From the NCBI RefSeq assembly GCF_001194135.2, contig NC_068999.1:19291849-19332419 (forward strand): DNA of 40,571 bases, in the 5' to 3' direction. Position 1 is the stretch's first letter, and each line of letters begins with the position of its first letter. The translations under genes and the position numbers were made by a program. The DNA comes from Octopus bimaculoides. Lineage: Eukaryota. The notes beneath the pieces are model-generated. The model searched no databases. It worked only from the letters and a program-made list of their open reading frames with translations, and was not told where the DNA came from. This document shows, in pieces, positions 25,900 through 37,807 of this stretch.

Positions 25900-26010
25900 T
25901 TATAGTCGTATTCTAATCATGCAATCTAGCTCTGAATAGTTTGGGGTCAATTACCCCTCCAGAGGGACCAACCCAGATGTCCGCACGGAGTGTATCTTTT
26001 AAGTTAGAGT
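25900..26010 (+). mobile_element. Second, more decayed copy of the Helitron-like 3' terminus seen at 12215-12345
   Basis: CAATTACCCCTCCAGAGGGACCAACCCAGATGTCCGCACGGAG aligns with the reverse complement CAATTAGCCCTTCAGAGGAGTCAACCCAAATGTCCGCACGGAG. Confidence 0.55.
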
Positions 26011-28484
26011 TACATATAAATGAATGATGACATATATATTTCTTTGAGAGAGACATAAACGCGATATCATTAGATATCCTTTGCACAACATCTCAGAAGA
26101 AATTATAGACTGCAAAAATTCTGTACCAAATTATAAACACATACGCCATCGCATCTTGTAAATGATCAGAATCCTCAATATCATGTCTCTACTATGTTTA
26201 TTTCAGTTATTCATTAATTATTATATTGCATTACTATTCATGAAATATAATTTCATTTATTACATGTTTCTATCATTTGCATCTCGGAGAAATATGAAAC
26301 TTTAAGAGGGCGTGAAGTAGTCTATCCCATATACCCAAAACTCATTACAGTTTAAATTACTTCTATTTATGTTCTGAATATCGTTTTGGAACTGAATGAC
26401 AACTACATGAATTTAATCATGTATATATTAATTTTTCAATCACCAAATTAATAAAACAGTACTAAAAACAGCACAGAAACGCCTAATGGAAATTGTAAAT
26501 ACAAAACCATTAAAATATTGCACAGAAAAAGAAATTTTCTGAGCATATTAGAGATCACATTTAATACATACTCACCACCAGAACAACACTGAAGAATTCG
26601 ACTATTTGAGTTTTGTAGCCCTTTTTAAAATTATTTTTTATGAAACAAATAATTTATATGAAAAAAAAATCAATGCAAAATTGATGTCCCAAACCGTATT
26701 GAGATAGAAGCACACGAACAAATGATAACCTTTACCCTGATATCAAACAGTATTTTCATCAAATGGAATGGTATTTAGGAGTAATCCAAAATATTTCTAT
26801 TCCCTGTACATAAAGGAGAAAGCAGAGAAGATGCTAAAAATTATATATATATATATATATATAGATATGCAGGGCAGGGAATCGTCAATTAGTAATAAAA
26901 TTAATAATTAACAATTTTGCCGGGTAGCTCAGTATGAAAAAACCTTTTCGGTAAAAAAAACATTTATAATCATAAATATATAGGGATTGNNNNNNNNNNN
27001 NNNNNNNNNNNNNNNNNNNNNNNNNNNNNNNNNNNNNNNNNNNNNNNNNNNNNNNNNNNNNNNNNNNNNNNNNNNNNNNNNNNNNNNNNNNNNNNNNNNN
27101 NNNNNNNNNNNNNNNNNNNNNNNNNNNNNNNNNNNNNNNNNNNNNNNNNNNNNNNNNNNNNNNNNNNNNNNNNNNNNNNNNNNNNNNNNNNNNNNNNNNN
27201 NNNNNNNNNNNNNNNNNNNNNNNNNNNNNNNNNNNNNNNNNNNNNNNNNNNNATATATATATATATACACATACATATATTAAATCTCTGGGCAAGATGT
27301 GAACAGTAGCACTCACACACATGCACTTATCTAAAGACAGAGACAGACATACAGAGGTACAGAGATAAGCCTGCGATGTGCATGAATATATGTCTGTGTG
27401 TGTCTGTTTTAGTATATGCATGACGCTGTACCGACCAACAGTGAAACAGGCCGATTTCGAAGGAGTTTAGTTTAGTTTAGTTGTGGCCTGCAGGTTGAAC
27501 GAACAACAGCGTTCCCTTTAAAGTACCATTGTTTGGATTTTCCTTTTCGTCATGACGAGTTGCGGTTTAAACAGCATTAACGATTATCAGTACTTATGCG
27601 TTGAGATATTATTCTGGTTTGTGTAACAAACATGAAAATGTTGCTGATTCGACAACACTCGCAAACATATCTGGAAAAGAAATGTTTTTTTCTGGTTATT
27701 GTCACAAATTCGGAAACTTGAATTAGAAAGTCTTAGCGGCTCTTTCAATAGAATTACAGTAATATCATTCCAGTCATTCTAACCAGTTTGAAGATAATAC
27801 ATATTTAACAGTCTTCGCGTACTTGTCGTACTCCTGCTAAGCTGCTTTATCAGTGTGAGTATTCAATTCCGTGCAACCTTTTTACTGCGTTAGTCATTAC
27901 TTATTCTACGGCATATAAACTTACATAATTAAAATATATAACAAGTGATGGCAGAGTAATTGATGTCTTGCTACATTCATCCTTCAGCAAATATTTTGAA
28001 TTAATTAACGTTCATAACAGCAACATATTCCTTCGCACACACTTTGTTCAGCGTTCGTTTAAAAATTGTAAAATAATAGATTATTTTTGTATGAAAAAAT
28101 TGAATTACGCCTTCTGATTTTTCTTGGAGCTTGGCTATCTTCACGTCACATTCAATCCTGAATTTTATAACATTTACTACATGTTTCAGTTAAGGTTGAC
28201 TTCCTGTACTTTGTTATTTTTGTGACGCATACTAATCCTTAATGAATTAGTGACCTTCCGACGCTGGAATATTCCGTTTGTGAATATTCCCTAAAAAAAA
28301 AATGTGTAGCATAACAGTACTACAGAATTTATGTTTTGCACTTATATTGACTACATTTCGTTTTGCTTGAATTTCGTTTGTGTACGCTTTGTTGTTTTCA
28401 ATATTATCAATTCTATGAGTGTCTATGTGTCCTGTGAGTGTGAGTGTGAGTGTGTTTCTGTGTTCGTAACGTCTATGGTAAATG

Positions 28485-30065
28485 GTTAAGGGCATTTTAC
28501 GTCGTTTAAATGAGCCTACATTTAATGAAATACCCATCCTTATGGCAGGTGATCTCCATGAAAATCGTGATATTCTCATTTGTGCACGAAATAACAACCT
28601 TAAACATATTTCAGAGACTCATCCTTCTTATTATGCTTTCCATTACTCTCTGATTTTGTTAAATGGACAAGAAAGTATCATTTCAATATTCTACAGATTG
28701 AACATACAACAGGAGATCAATTACAAACAAAAACGTGTCGTGAGATGATTTCTATTGTTACCAACCGACGTTAAGACCAGGACAATCAAATAAATTAAGC
28801 ATGTATCGTGATCTATTTCAGCAATACCTGGTTGAGATGAATGCTAAAGTTGAGAGTCAGGTCTCCTTTACACCCGAAACAATCACAAATAAGTAAGGGC
28901 GAAAAATTATGTTCATGTCCAAGATGATATGAGGACAGATTGTCATATCCAAAACATGGGGCAACATATAATCCTCCCAACATCATTCACAGGTGGTCCT
29001 CGATATATACAAGAACGAACATACGTTACTGTAACATATGTCAGGACATATGGATAACTAGAACTTTTTGTCACTTTCACGTTCAATCCTAAATGGGAGG
29101 AAATAAAATCTAACCTTGTCCAGTGTTGCATCTTCTGGTATTGAAGCTACCCTCCTCAACGGCGGAAGATCTGCTTATTCCATGCTCAAGCTCCCTCTAA
29201 AGCTTGCAAAGAAAGAATCTCAAATGTACAAAATGTTTCCAATCTCTGCAATGGCAAACTTGCCTCTTTATTTGGGGTGAGCACACTCTCATATTGTGGA
29301 GCTCCTGAGTTATTTGACCGTACCCTCCAAGACATAAAAATCAATAGTAAGAACATGGGAACAGTAACAGTTCTTCTCGCAGGAGATTTTCGTCAAGAGT
29401 TGTCAGTTATCCCCGAAGGATCAAAAGCTGATAACGTGAATGCATACTTCAAAAAATCGTAATTTTGGACACATTTGAAAAAAAAATCATCTTGCAAGCA
29501 ACATCAGAGTAGTTCTACAAGGTGATCATACAAGCTTCCTAAGATTGGTAATGGGATATTAATATTCAACTCAGGGCTTCAGCTACATTACATGCTGTCA
29601 AATGATACATCCTCTTGGGGATCTTATGGATAAAGTATTCTAATAATCAGGAACGACTTTTCGATCAATAGACAAGTTGATCAAAATCAGGTTGTTCAAT
29701 ACCCTGATGAATTTCTGAACACACTTAAACCCACCGGGATGCAACTGCATAACTTAGCACTAAAACTGGGTGCTCCCATCATGTCCCTTGGGAATCTTAA
29801 CCCATCCCACCTGTGTAATGGAACTCGCTTAGCTGTTACTTCCATAAAGTTCCATGTCCCACAGGCAACAATCATAAGAGGTAGTCACAAAGTAGAAATT
29901 GTTTTCATTCCAAAAATTCCTCCGATACCTACAACTGTTCCAATTTGAATTTAAGAAGCTTAAATATTCCAGTCAAACTAAGTTCTTGTATTTCAATTAA
30001 ACAATTTCAGTGTCAATCCCTTAAGGTAGTTGCACGCCATCTCTCTACTACATGTTTATCTCGTC
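28485..30065 (+). mobile_element. Decayed, internally deleted canonical Helitron RepHel remnant
   Basis: Rep-associated motifs: NEPTFNEIPILMAGD..RDILICARNNNLKHISETHPSYYAFHYSLI; DLFQQYLVEMNAKVES; GQHIILPTSFTGGPRYIQER..LFVTFTFNPKWEEI. Pif1 motifs: VASSGIEATLLNGGRSAYSMLKLPL; LFDRTLQDI..VTVLLAGDFRQELSVIP; QYPDEFLNTLKPTGMQLHNLALKLGAPIMSLGNLNPSHLCNGTRLAV; VFIPKIPPIP..QSLKVVA. Multiple stops and frameshifts. Confidence 0.92.
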
Positions 30066-30083
30066 TTTTGGCATATAATTATT

Positions 30084-30299
30084 CTATTCTACTCTAGACA
30101 CAAGACACAAACTTTTGGGGAAGGGGGACAGTAGTTTAGATCAACCCCAGTATGCAACTGTTACTTTATTTATCGACTCCGAAATGATGAAAGGCAATGT
30201 TGACCTCGCTGGAATTTGAACTCAGAATGTAAAGACAGACGAAAATACTGCCAAGTATTTCGCCCTGCGTGCTAACATTTCCGCCTGCTCGCCGCCTTC
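30084..30299 (-). mobile_element. tRNA-derived SINE with 14-bp target site duplication
   Basis: Minus strand: AAGGCGGCGAGCAGGCGGAAATGTTAGCACGCAGGGCGAAATACTTGG..TTCTGAGTTCAAATTCCAGCGAGGTCAACATTGCCTTTCATCATTTCGGAGTCGATAAATAAAGTAACAG. TSD GGCATATAA(T/A)TATT at 30070-30083 and 30300-30313. Confidence 0.85.
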
Positions 30300-31546
30300 G
30301 GCATATAAATATTAAATGAAGTATTAATAAATATTATACTCAATTATATTTATCATACTATAAGTATGCATATTTAAATGGAAATGTTCTCAAACACACG
30401 CATAATTATACTAACACCGTTCCCAAATTTGAAGCTAATTTATTGTTTGTGCATGTAGTATCACTAGTTAGATATTTCAAATGAATTTTATTCTAACAAA
30501 AATGTATCTGATGGCAGAAATCAGGACGAAATCTACATCTGGTAACTGTTATACTTTGGAATGGTTTTATTTTGCCATCTGGTAAGTTTAACCAAAAGTG
30601 CATGTTATCCTTGTAAATATAATATTTTATACGTGAATAAGAATATGGTAAAAATGTTTTGTTCTTCTTTAATGGATATCATATTATATTTCGTGTATCA
30701 TTATACCATTATAATTTTACGTAGAGAAGAATAACGGGAAACTTATTCCACATTTAAATGGTATACGTTTGTGAAATTAATAAATCTATCTCAATAACAT
30801 CCTTGGGGTACAAGTAACATGTGCCCTACATATACAAATTGAGAATTGTAGTTTTCTTTTTTTCCACCATACAAATATCCAATAGCAGTACGAAATACGT
30901 AGCTCACACACAGGCAAGCAAGCAATCGCATATAAATTTCTCCTGCTTTGAGATGGTGCATAATACTAGTCATCATTAAACTTGACATATAAATGACATG
31001 CAGACAATAATCATGTTTCATATATCCCCAGATTGATGACATACGGCTAAGGAAAAAAACACTATAATACAAATGGAAATGTAGTAAGCATTCCTAATAT
31101 TACTCAATTCATAAGGAAGAACTTTATTTCGAATTTTCTTATATCTTCTACTTTTCTTAGTCTTTTACTTGCCTTGGATTAGTAGAAGTGAAAAGCACAA
31201 GAGGACCCACGACGGGAATGAACATGAAACCATGTGAGTTAGTTATGAATGAGGGATATGCTGTAATTTTAATCTATAATTTTCAGCCTCAGGTTAAGGT
31301 TTTAAACACTGTACAAGATATATAAAGTTAATGTCTCCAATATTCTCAATGTGGCTCTAAATAAAAGTACATTCTTGACGTATTATGTGCTCCATGTACC
31401 ACTACATAAACAGAAAAGGAATTTCTATGCGTTTAATCACTTCTTGTTTACAGTCGCCACTATATTCGTAAGATATTATGTTCTAGCATATGCATAACTC
31501 TTGAAACCAGGTTGGTCTAGTTTAATTGTATACAAACACACACACA

Positions 31547-31577
<31 letters not shown>

Positions 31578-32179
31578 GTACACATACATTTTATGTGTGT
31601 CTGTNNNNNNNNNNNNNNNNNNNNNNNNNNNNNNNNNNNNNNNNNNNNNNNNNNNNNNNNNNNNNNNNNNNNNNNNNNNNNNNNNNNNNNNNNNNNNNNN
31701 NNNNNNNNNNNNNNNNNNNNNNNNNNNNNNNNNNNNNNNNNNNNNNNNNNNNNNNNNNNNNNNNNNNNNNNNNNNNNNNNNNNNNNNNNNNNNNNNNNNN
31801 NNNNNNNNNNNNNNNNNNNNNNNNNNNNNNNNNNNNNNNNNNNNNNNNNNNNNNNNNNNNNNNNNNNNNNNNNNNATTCAATTATGTCTTTCGCATTCAT
31901 TAATTAACAAGTTAGATCTTAATTATAAAAAAAAAAAAATCATTCCATTGTGTTTGGGGAGAGTCATTCTCTTTTTGTGATTTATAATTTAACACACTGA
32001 CCGGTAACATTTCCACTTATTCGTTATTTTTATTTTCCTAAAATTTTCCTTGCGTCTTGCAACCTTTTCCATACTCTTGACTCTGTCGTTATTTACACTG
32101 CGTTTGTTTTTGTTTGTTTGTGCGCATGTGTGCGAGTAAGTGCGTCTGTGTGTGTGCCTATGCATGCATGCATTTATCA

Positions 32180-32370
32180 CCAGGCTCCAATCTGATCTGG
32201 CAATGCTTCTACAGCTTGATGCCCTTCCTAACGCCAACCACTTTGATAGTGTGCTGGATGCTTATTACGTGTCGCTGGCACAGTGAGCCAGTCATTCGGC
32301 ATTGGCATAGGCCACAACTACAATTTCCATTTGTTTGCGATTTGATTTTTGATTTAATTTTTGGTTTTGA
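32180..32370 (-). mobile_element. Probable LINE (RTE-type) 3' UTR-derived interspersed repeat fragment
   Basis: Minus strand GTGGTTGGCGTTAGGAAGGGCATCAAGCTGTAGAAGC..CAGATTGGAGCCTGGTG, a motif I recall from RTE-related 3' tails. Not verifiable without a search. Confidence 0.5.
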
Positions 32371-32372
32371 TT

Positions 32373-32413
<41 letters not shown>

Positions 32414-32619
32414 TATAGGAGTGTATGTGTGTGTGTGTGTGTATATGTATGTGCGTGTGTGTCTCTGTGTGTGTGTGTGTGTGTGTGCAAACAGGGATTA
32501 TCCGAAATGTGAATAAATATGTAAGTCATTGTCGGGTCACAAATTTTCTTTTCCGTTATTTTTTTCTTGCCTTGAACCCTCCAACGCGGGGTATATGCCA
32601 CTTATAATTGAATTCCATG

Positions 32620-32985
32620 TAGCATAATTTTTCGCTTCTGTACTTATACTCTGCCATGAATGTCCCCCTTTCTCTAGTTGATGAATGATTGCATTTGCTT
32701 ATTTGACTTAACTGTTGTTCGCCATGTCTCAGCCCCATGCAATAACACCGCTTTTACGTTAGTGTTAAAAATTCTTATTTTGTTCTTTACTGAAATTACA
32801 CTTGCGCTCCATACCTTTTTTAACAGGTGGAAAGCTGTCCTTGCCTTACTTATTCTCGTCTTAATATCTTGGTCGGTACCGCCTGAGAACGTCATCTTAC
32901 TACCTAAATACGTAAACTCGGCTACATCCTCTAGTTCACCGGTTTTTAGTTTAATATGTTCGGGGTCACAGATAGTGACGAAATA
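32620..32985 (-). mobile_element. RTE-clade non-LTR retrotransposon RT C-terminal fragment
   Basis: ELEDVAEFTYLGSKMTFSGGTDQDIKTRISKARTAFHLLKKVWSASVISVKNKIRIFNTNVKAVLLHGAETWRTT: the characteristic F-YLGS..RI.KAR.AF..L..VW..LLYG.ETW thumb-region motifs. Confidence 0.9.
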
Positions 32986-35548
32986 CTCACAATATTTTAA
33001 AATTGTAAAATGTAAACCCTAAAACTTCGACATGATTAAAATTTAATCGAATAGATGCACATATATATTCATAGATGTAAAATGATCCCAGGTTAGGTAA
33101 GCACAGGTGATCAGGATCTAAAATCTACTATAATAACACCTGTAAAAAATTGTTGTTGAAATAATAAGTATATATTACATATGTATTGTACATTTTTCAT
33201 ATGTCACTTTGACACCACACTCTATCTCATGCACACACGCACATATACACACGCACACATGCAAACACACACATGTGCACGTACAAACATGCATACACAC
33301 ACCCAAACGCACGTACAGACGCACGCACACACGCACGCGCACACACACGTACGCACACACTAGCGAAGCATTTTACTTATAATAAAGTGTGAACATTTTG
33401 TACAATCGTTGAGTCCATCTAATAATACGAGATGTGACGTTTGCCATCCAATTAGGACACATAAATAACTGCCAGCATATAATAACTTAGACGAAGAGAT
33501 TAATGTGCGTTAAGATAACGGGTTTATCTATATCATTATATATAAGTGTAATATGCTGACGCTAATTAACAGTCTTTTAACTGGTTTACGTCATATAGAG
33601 AACTTTTAAATCGAATATACATAAATATTTTCACATCTAAATACAAGAATCTATTCTGCTGACCAAATCTACACGAATGGGTCGAATGAATTGCTAAATG
33701 GTTTTCTATATAACTGGATGTAGATATGCGTAAGAAAGTGTGGGGAGATGGCAACGTTACAAAGATATGTAAGACAAACAGATGAATGAGAATCAGGCTA
33801 CAGTGAGAATGGGTTGGGGAAAAGAAAAAGTGATAAAACAGATTGTTATAGTCTGTCATACCGGCCTTGATGAAATACCACAAGGTATAGAAAATACGTA
33901 TTCGCCTTTATATATTTAATCCTTTATATCGAACACTCACTATTCCATATATTCAATAAGACATTCAATACTTCATTTCATTGTACCATCCATTTTTATA
34001 TTATATATTATATATTCNNNNNNNNNNNNNNNNNNNNNNNNNNNNNNNNNNNNNNNNNNNNNNNNNNNNNNNNNNNNNNNNNNNNNNNNNNNNNNNNNNN
34101 NNNNNNNNNNNNNNNNNNNNNNNNNNNNNNNNNNNNNNNNNNNNNNNNNNNNNNNNNNNNNNNNNNNNNNNNNNNNNNNNNNNNNNNNNNNNNNNNNNNN
34201 NNNNNNNNNNNNNNNNNNNNNNNNNNNNNNNNNNNNNNNNNNNNNNNNNNNNNNNNNNNNNNNNNNNNNNNNNNNNNNNNNNNNNNNNNNNNNNNNNNNN
34301 NNNNNNNNNNNNNNNNNNNNNNNNNNNNNNNNNNNNNNNNNNNNNNNNNTATACATATATATACAACATATGGGGAGTTTATTTCACAGGTGTTCTAACC
34401 GATTAGGTACGCTAGGTAAGTGCTGTAACGGATTACTGGTGCCCCAAGGTTATAGTCGAGAGGGTTCTTATGGATCCATAGCAGATTTCTGATGTAGTGG
34501 ATATATAATAGTTAAACAGGAAGTCAAACATTAAGGCAAGGCAAATATCTCAAGTCATATACAATATTATTGTAGGAAGAGATACAAAGTCTTACGTATG
34601 TTTCTGGGATACCTCCGAGTATGGGCTATTTTGTAACCAGAGACAAATAGGGTAAAAAATATGGAAAATGTCAATGGTATATATCAATAAGATCACAATA
34701 GAGGAAGGGAATAAAAGAATAAGGAGATAGAAAAAGAGAAGTAAAAAGAAGCCAAAAAAGTTCATAGTTCAATTTTCCAAAGTTATAGAAACCAGAGCAG
34801 GGGTCCTTAGGTGCAAACCTGCGTATATCCATGAGCGTAAGTCTCTAGGTGCATGTGGGTTAAATCCCTGATAAAGTGGACATAGCAAGAAAAAGACGCA
34901 AACATATCGACATCCAGTAACAGAATAGTAACGGAGGTGACTATTAAATGGTAAAGGTAAAGAAAAGAAAACATATAGAAAGAGAGGTACATAGAGTGAG
35001 ATAGTGGAGGATTTTAAGAACTGGCTATAGGATAAAGTCATGTGTATGGTCTCTAAACTGAGCACGAGGTAGCAGAGACGATAAGACAGACGATGAGCAT
35101 GAAGAGAAAGATAGGGCAGAAAAAATAGAGCGAAATGAAAGGAATTTAAATAGAGTAGTAGATATCTGGTAGTCTCAAAGTCTAAAGTTGTTGGGGAAGA
35201 AATTTGGTAGTAATTGTCTGTGTTCATCCGGGTAAGGTCAGTGGCTGAAGAGTTATTTTTAGCAATGAGGTTGTGTGTGCGTAAGTAGTGGAGAAAGGAA
35301 GAGTTAGTTAAATGTTAAGTTATGTATCAGTAGGAGTTATAGTTAGGAGTTTATAGTAGGGGATTTATTGGGCTCAGGTTTAAAATTAATTAAGGATAAA
35401 TTAAAGAATTAATATTTATCTCATATTATGATGAGGTACGGTCGATAGCTATAAGGTAGAAATAAGAGTTATAGAGATATAGAAGGGGAATGCATTACTA
35501 ATCACAGGGGCTTGTATGTGAGTGGAATAATTGGGGAATGAGCTTATA

Positions 35549-37140
35549 TTTAGATGTATGGAAATTTGAAAGTGCGGAAGAATTTGTGTTTACACGTAGT
35601 GAAGGGCTCGTTGTATTTATTAAGCAATTGTAATGAGTTGTTGGTGAGAATTTCGAGAGCTTCTTTTAAGCAAAGTCTACAACTAGTGTGCTGTCCCTGG
35701 TATGGAGTACCTGAGTCTATTATAGCCTAGGAATGTTTATACTGTATTTTCTACTAATTTGATTGTGTATCACGCTGGCTAGTAATGTGGAATTACTATT
35801 ATCCTTATATCTAAATGAGTTTAATTGTGCGTAATATCTTTTTTTTTAAATAGTTCTAGAACCGATGTAGTAGCTAGAGGAGTTATTTACCATGTTGTGA
35901 ACAGTGCATCGGTATACGACGTTGAATCTTGCAGCGGCAATATGTCCCGAAACTGCAGCATATATACAATGTTATGTATTCACATAAACGTTTATGTATA
36001 AAGTGTATGGTGGGGTAAACTATTGCTATAAGCGTGTCATATAGATGCGTGAACATTTGAAGCAAAAAGATTGAAAGATTGTAGGCTATTGTATCATATC
36101 TACTGATTTTCCAATATTCATGTTTGCGGGCTCTATTGAGCTTGTTTCTGTATATCCATTTTTGTTAGCTTCTTGTATATTGAATTTTGAGTTAGGTTTA
36201 GTGCATTGAAAGTGTGCGTATCTCTAGCTCTTATCGCTGGATTATATTTAAGGAGAGCTTTTTGTATATTGATATCATTCACAAACGTATATTGATGAAT
36301 ATTATGTTGAGTTTTGAGAGATGAACGTTGACCTTTTAGATAATTATGTTAAACATAGTTCTGTGAGGATTCCCTCCGAATTCATGGTGTCTATCAGTAG
36401 TGAATTAGATTCAATGTATTCATTTTGACGTCTTGATCACCAATCTAAATACGTACATATTGTATGTAGCGTTGTACACATTTTTATATATTGATAAGAG
36501 AAGAAAGTAATCAGAATTTGAATAAATCCTATTCATTGAGCCCGTTCATCCACTACAAGGATACGTCATGAATTGTCGCTGCGCAAAAATGTTTTTTCTC
36601 ATTTTTGTCTGTATATGCGTGTACCTTGAAAAGGTTCAGTAGTTCGATTTGTTTCCTTGGGTCTTTTATATCCTTATATGTTTGCTTGTGTGCCTATATT
36701 TTTGCGTGTGTGGTGACTTCTTAAACAGAGCATATATGAGAATTTTAGAAGTTTGGTTCGAGAGGGAAGGAAAATAAAACAAAGAATATGTGTTTTGTGG
36801 AGGGGTTTATTTGATGAAAGGTCAAAAGAGGTCACGCTTTCTGTCATTTGCAATAATTTCTATCAATTGCGGTGATTCTTTTGCTTTTGGTCATTAAATG
36901 GCTGGCAGGGATTTTGGTCTTCTGTTCAGTGGTTGACTTTTGGAGAATGAAAGTGAACCAAAGTGTTTTAAATACACCCTCATATTGTTTGAGAAGGTTT
37001 TAAATGTGTGTGCCTATGTTTGTGACTGGAACTTCCCTTGGTCAACGTGTAAATTTCCGTAGGCTACATATTGAGGTAGTGGGAAAGTGTAAGATCCTAA
37101 GAAGGAAACGTAGAATTATACAACAGATTCAAGGGCATTC
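35549..37140 (-). mobile_element. Decayed Penelope-like retroelement (RT remnants plus C-terminal GIY-YIG endonuclease)
   Basis: In-frame NVVYRCTVHNMVNNSSSYYIGSRTI*KKRYYAQLNSFRYKDNSNSTLLAS (35923-~35775), then frameshifted AIIDSGTPYQGQHTSCRLCLKEALEILTNNSLQLLNKYNEPFTTCKHKF..* (stop ~35549). Weaker upstream traces: VTSFDLSS, QKALLKY, TNMNIGK. The 5' boundary is uncertain. Confidence 0.75.
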
Positions 37141-37776
37141 CGTCCTATAAATGACTGAACGATTGCAAAGGGTAAAATAGAAATACAATTTATGAAGCAA
37201 TATTTATAAAGCATATAAAAAGGAAATTTATACAAACATGAGAACTTTTTATTAACAAAATTAATTTTTCAGTTCAAGCAAACCAATAAATGCTGATTAT
37301 TTCAAATTTTATTTCTGTTACTAATGAAAAGTTAATTTTCAAACGTCAACACTCTTTCTGATATAAACTCTCAGACAAACAAACACATATATACACATAG
37401 ACATACACACACACACATAAACACATACGCTCGTTTGAAAGTCTTTCCAAACAATTGGAGAAATCTACAGCTAAAAGCAACTTTTCGCTGTCTTATTTTA
37501 TAATATGTAAACAATGAAAGGAAGACGAAAGAACCATGTCAGCTATTTAATGACTAAAAGCATCAATTTATTGCAAGTGATAGAAAGCTTGAGCTCTTTT
37601 GACCTACCATCAAATTAATCAATCCAGAAAACACCTGTTTATCTTTCTACTGCTTTCTTCTCTCCATCTCTAATCAAGGGTCCACAAATTTAATATAGGC
37701 TTTGTTTAAAAATTCACACACACACACGCTCAAATGCAGGTTCAAAATGACTACGAATATCTCAAAAAATATTTCC

Positions 37777-37807
<31 letters not shown>

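Noticed and set aside
35425-35452. TGATGAGGTACGGTCGATAG, a hammerhead-like trace near the Penelope remnant
   Set aside because: It lacks C3, has GATA instead of GAAA, stem II does not pair, and it is antisense to the element.
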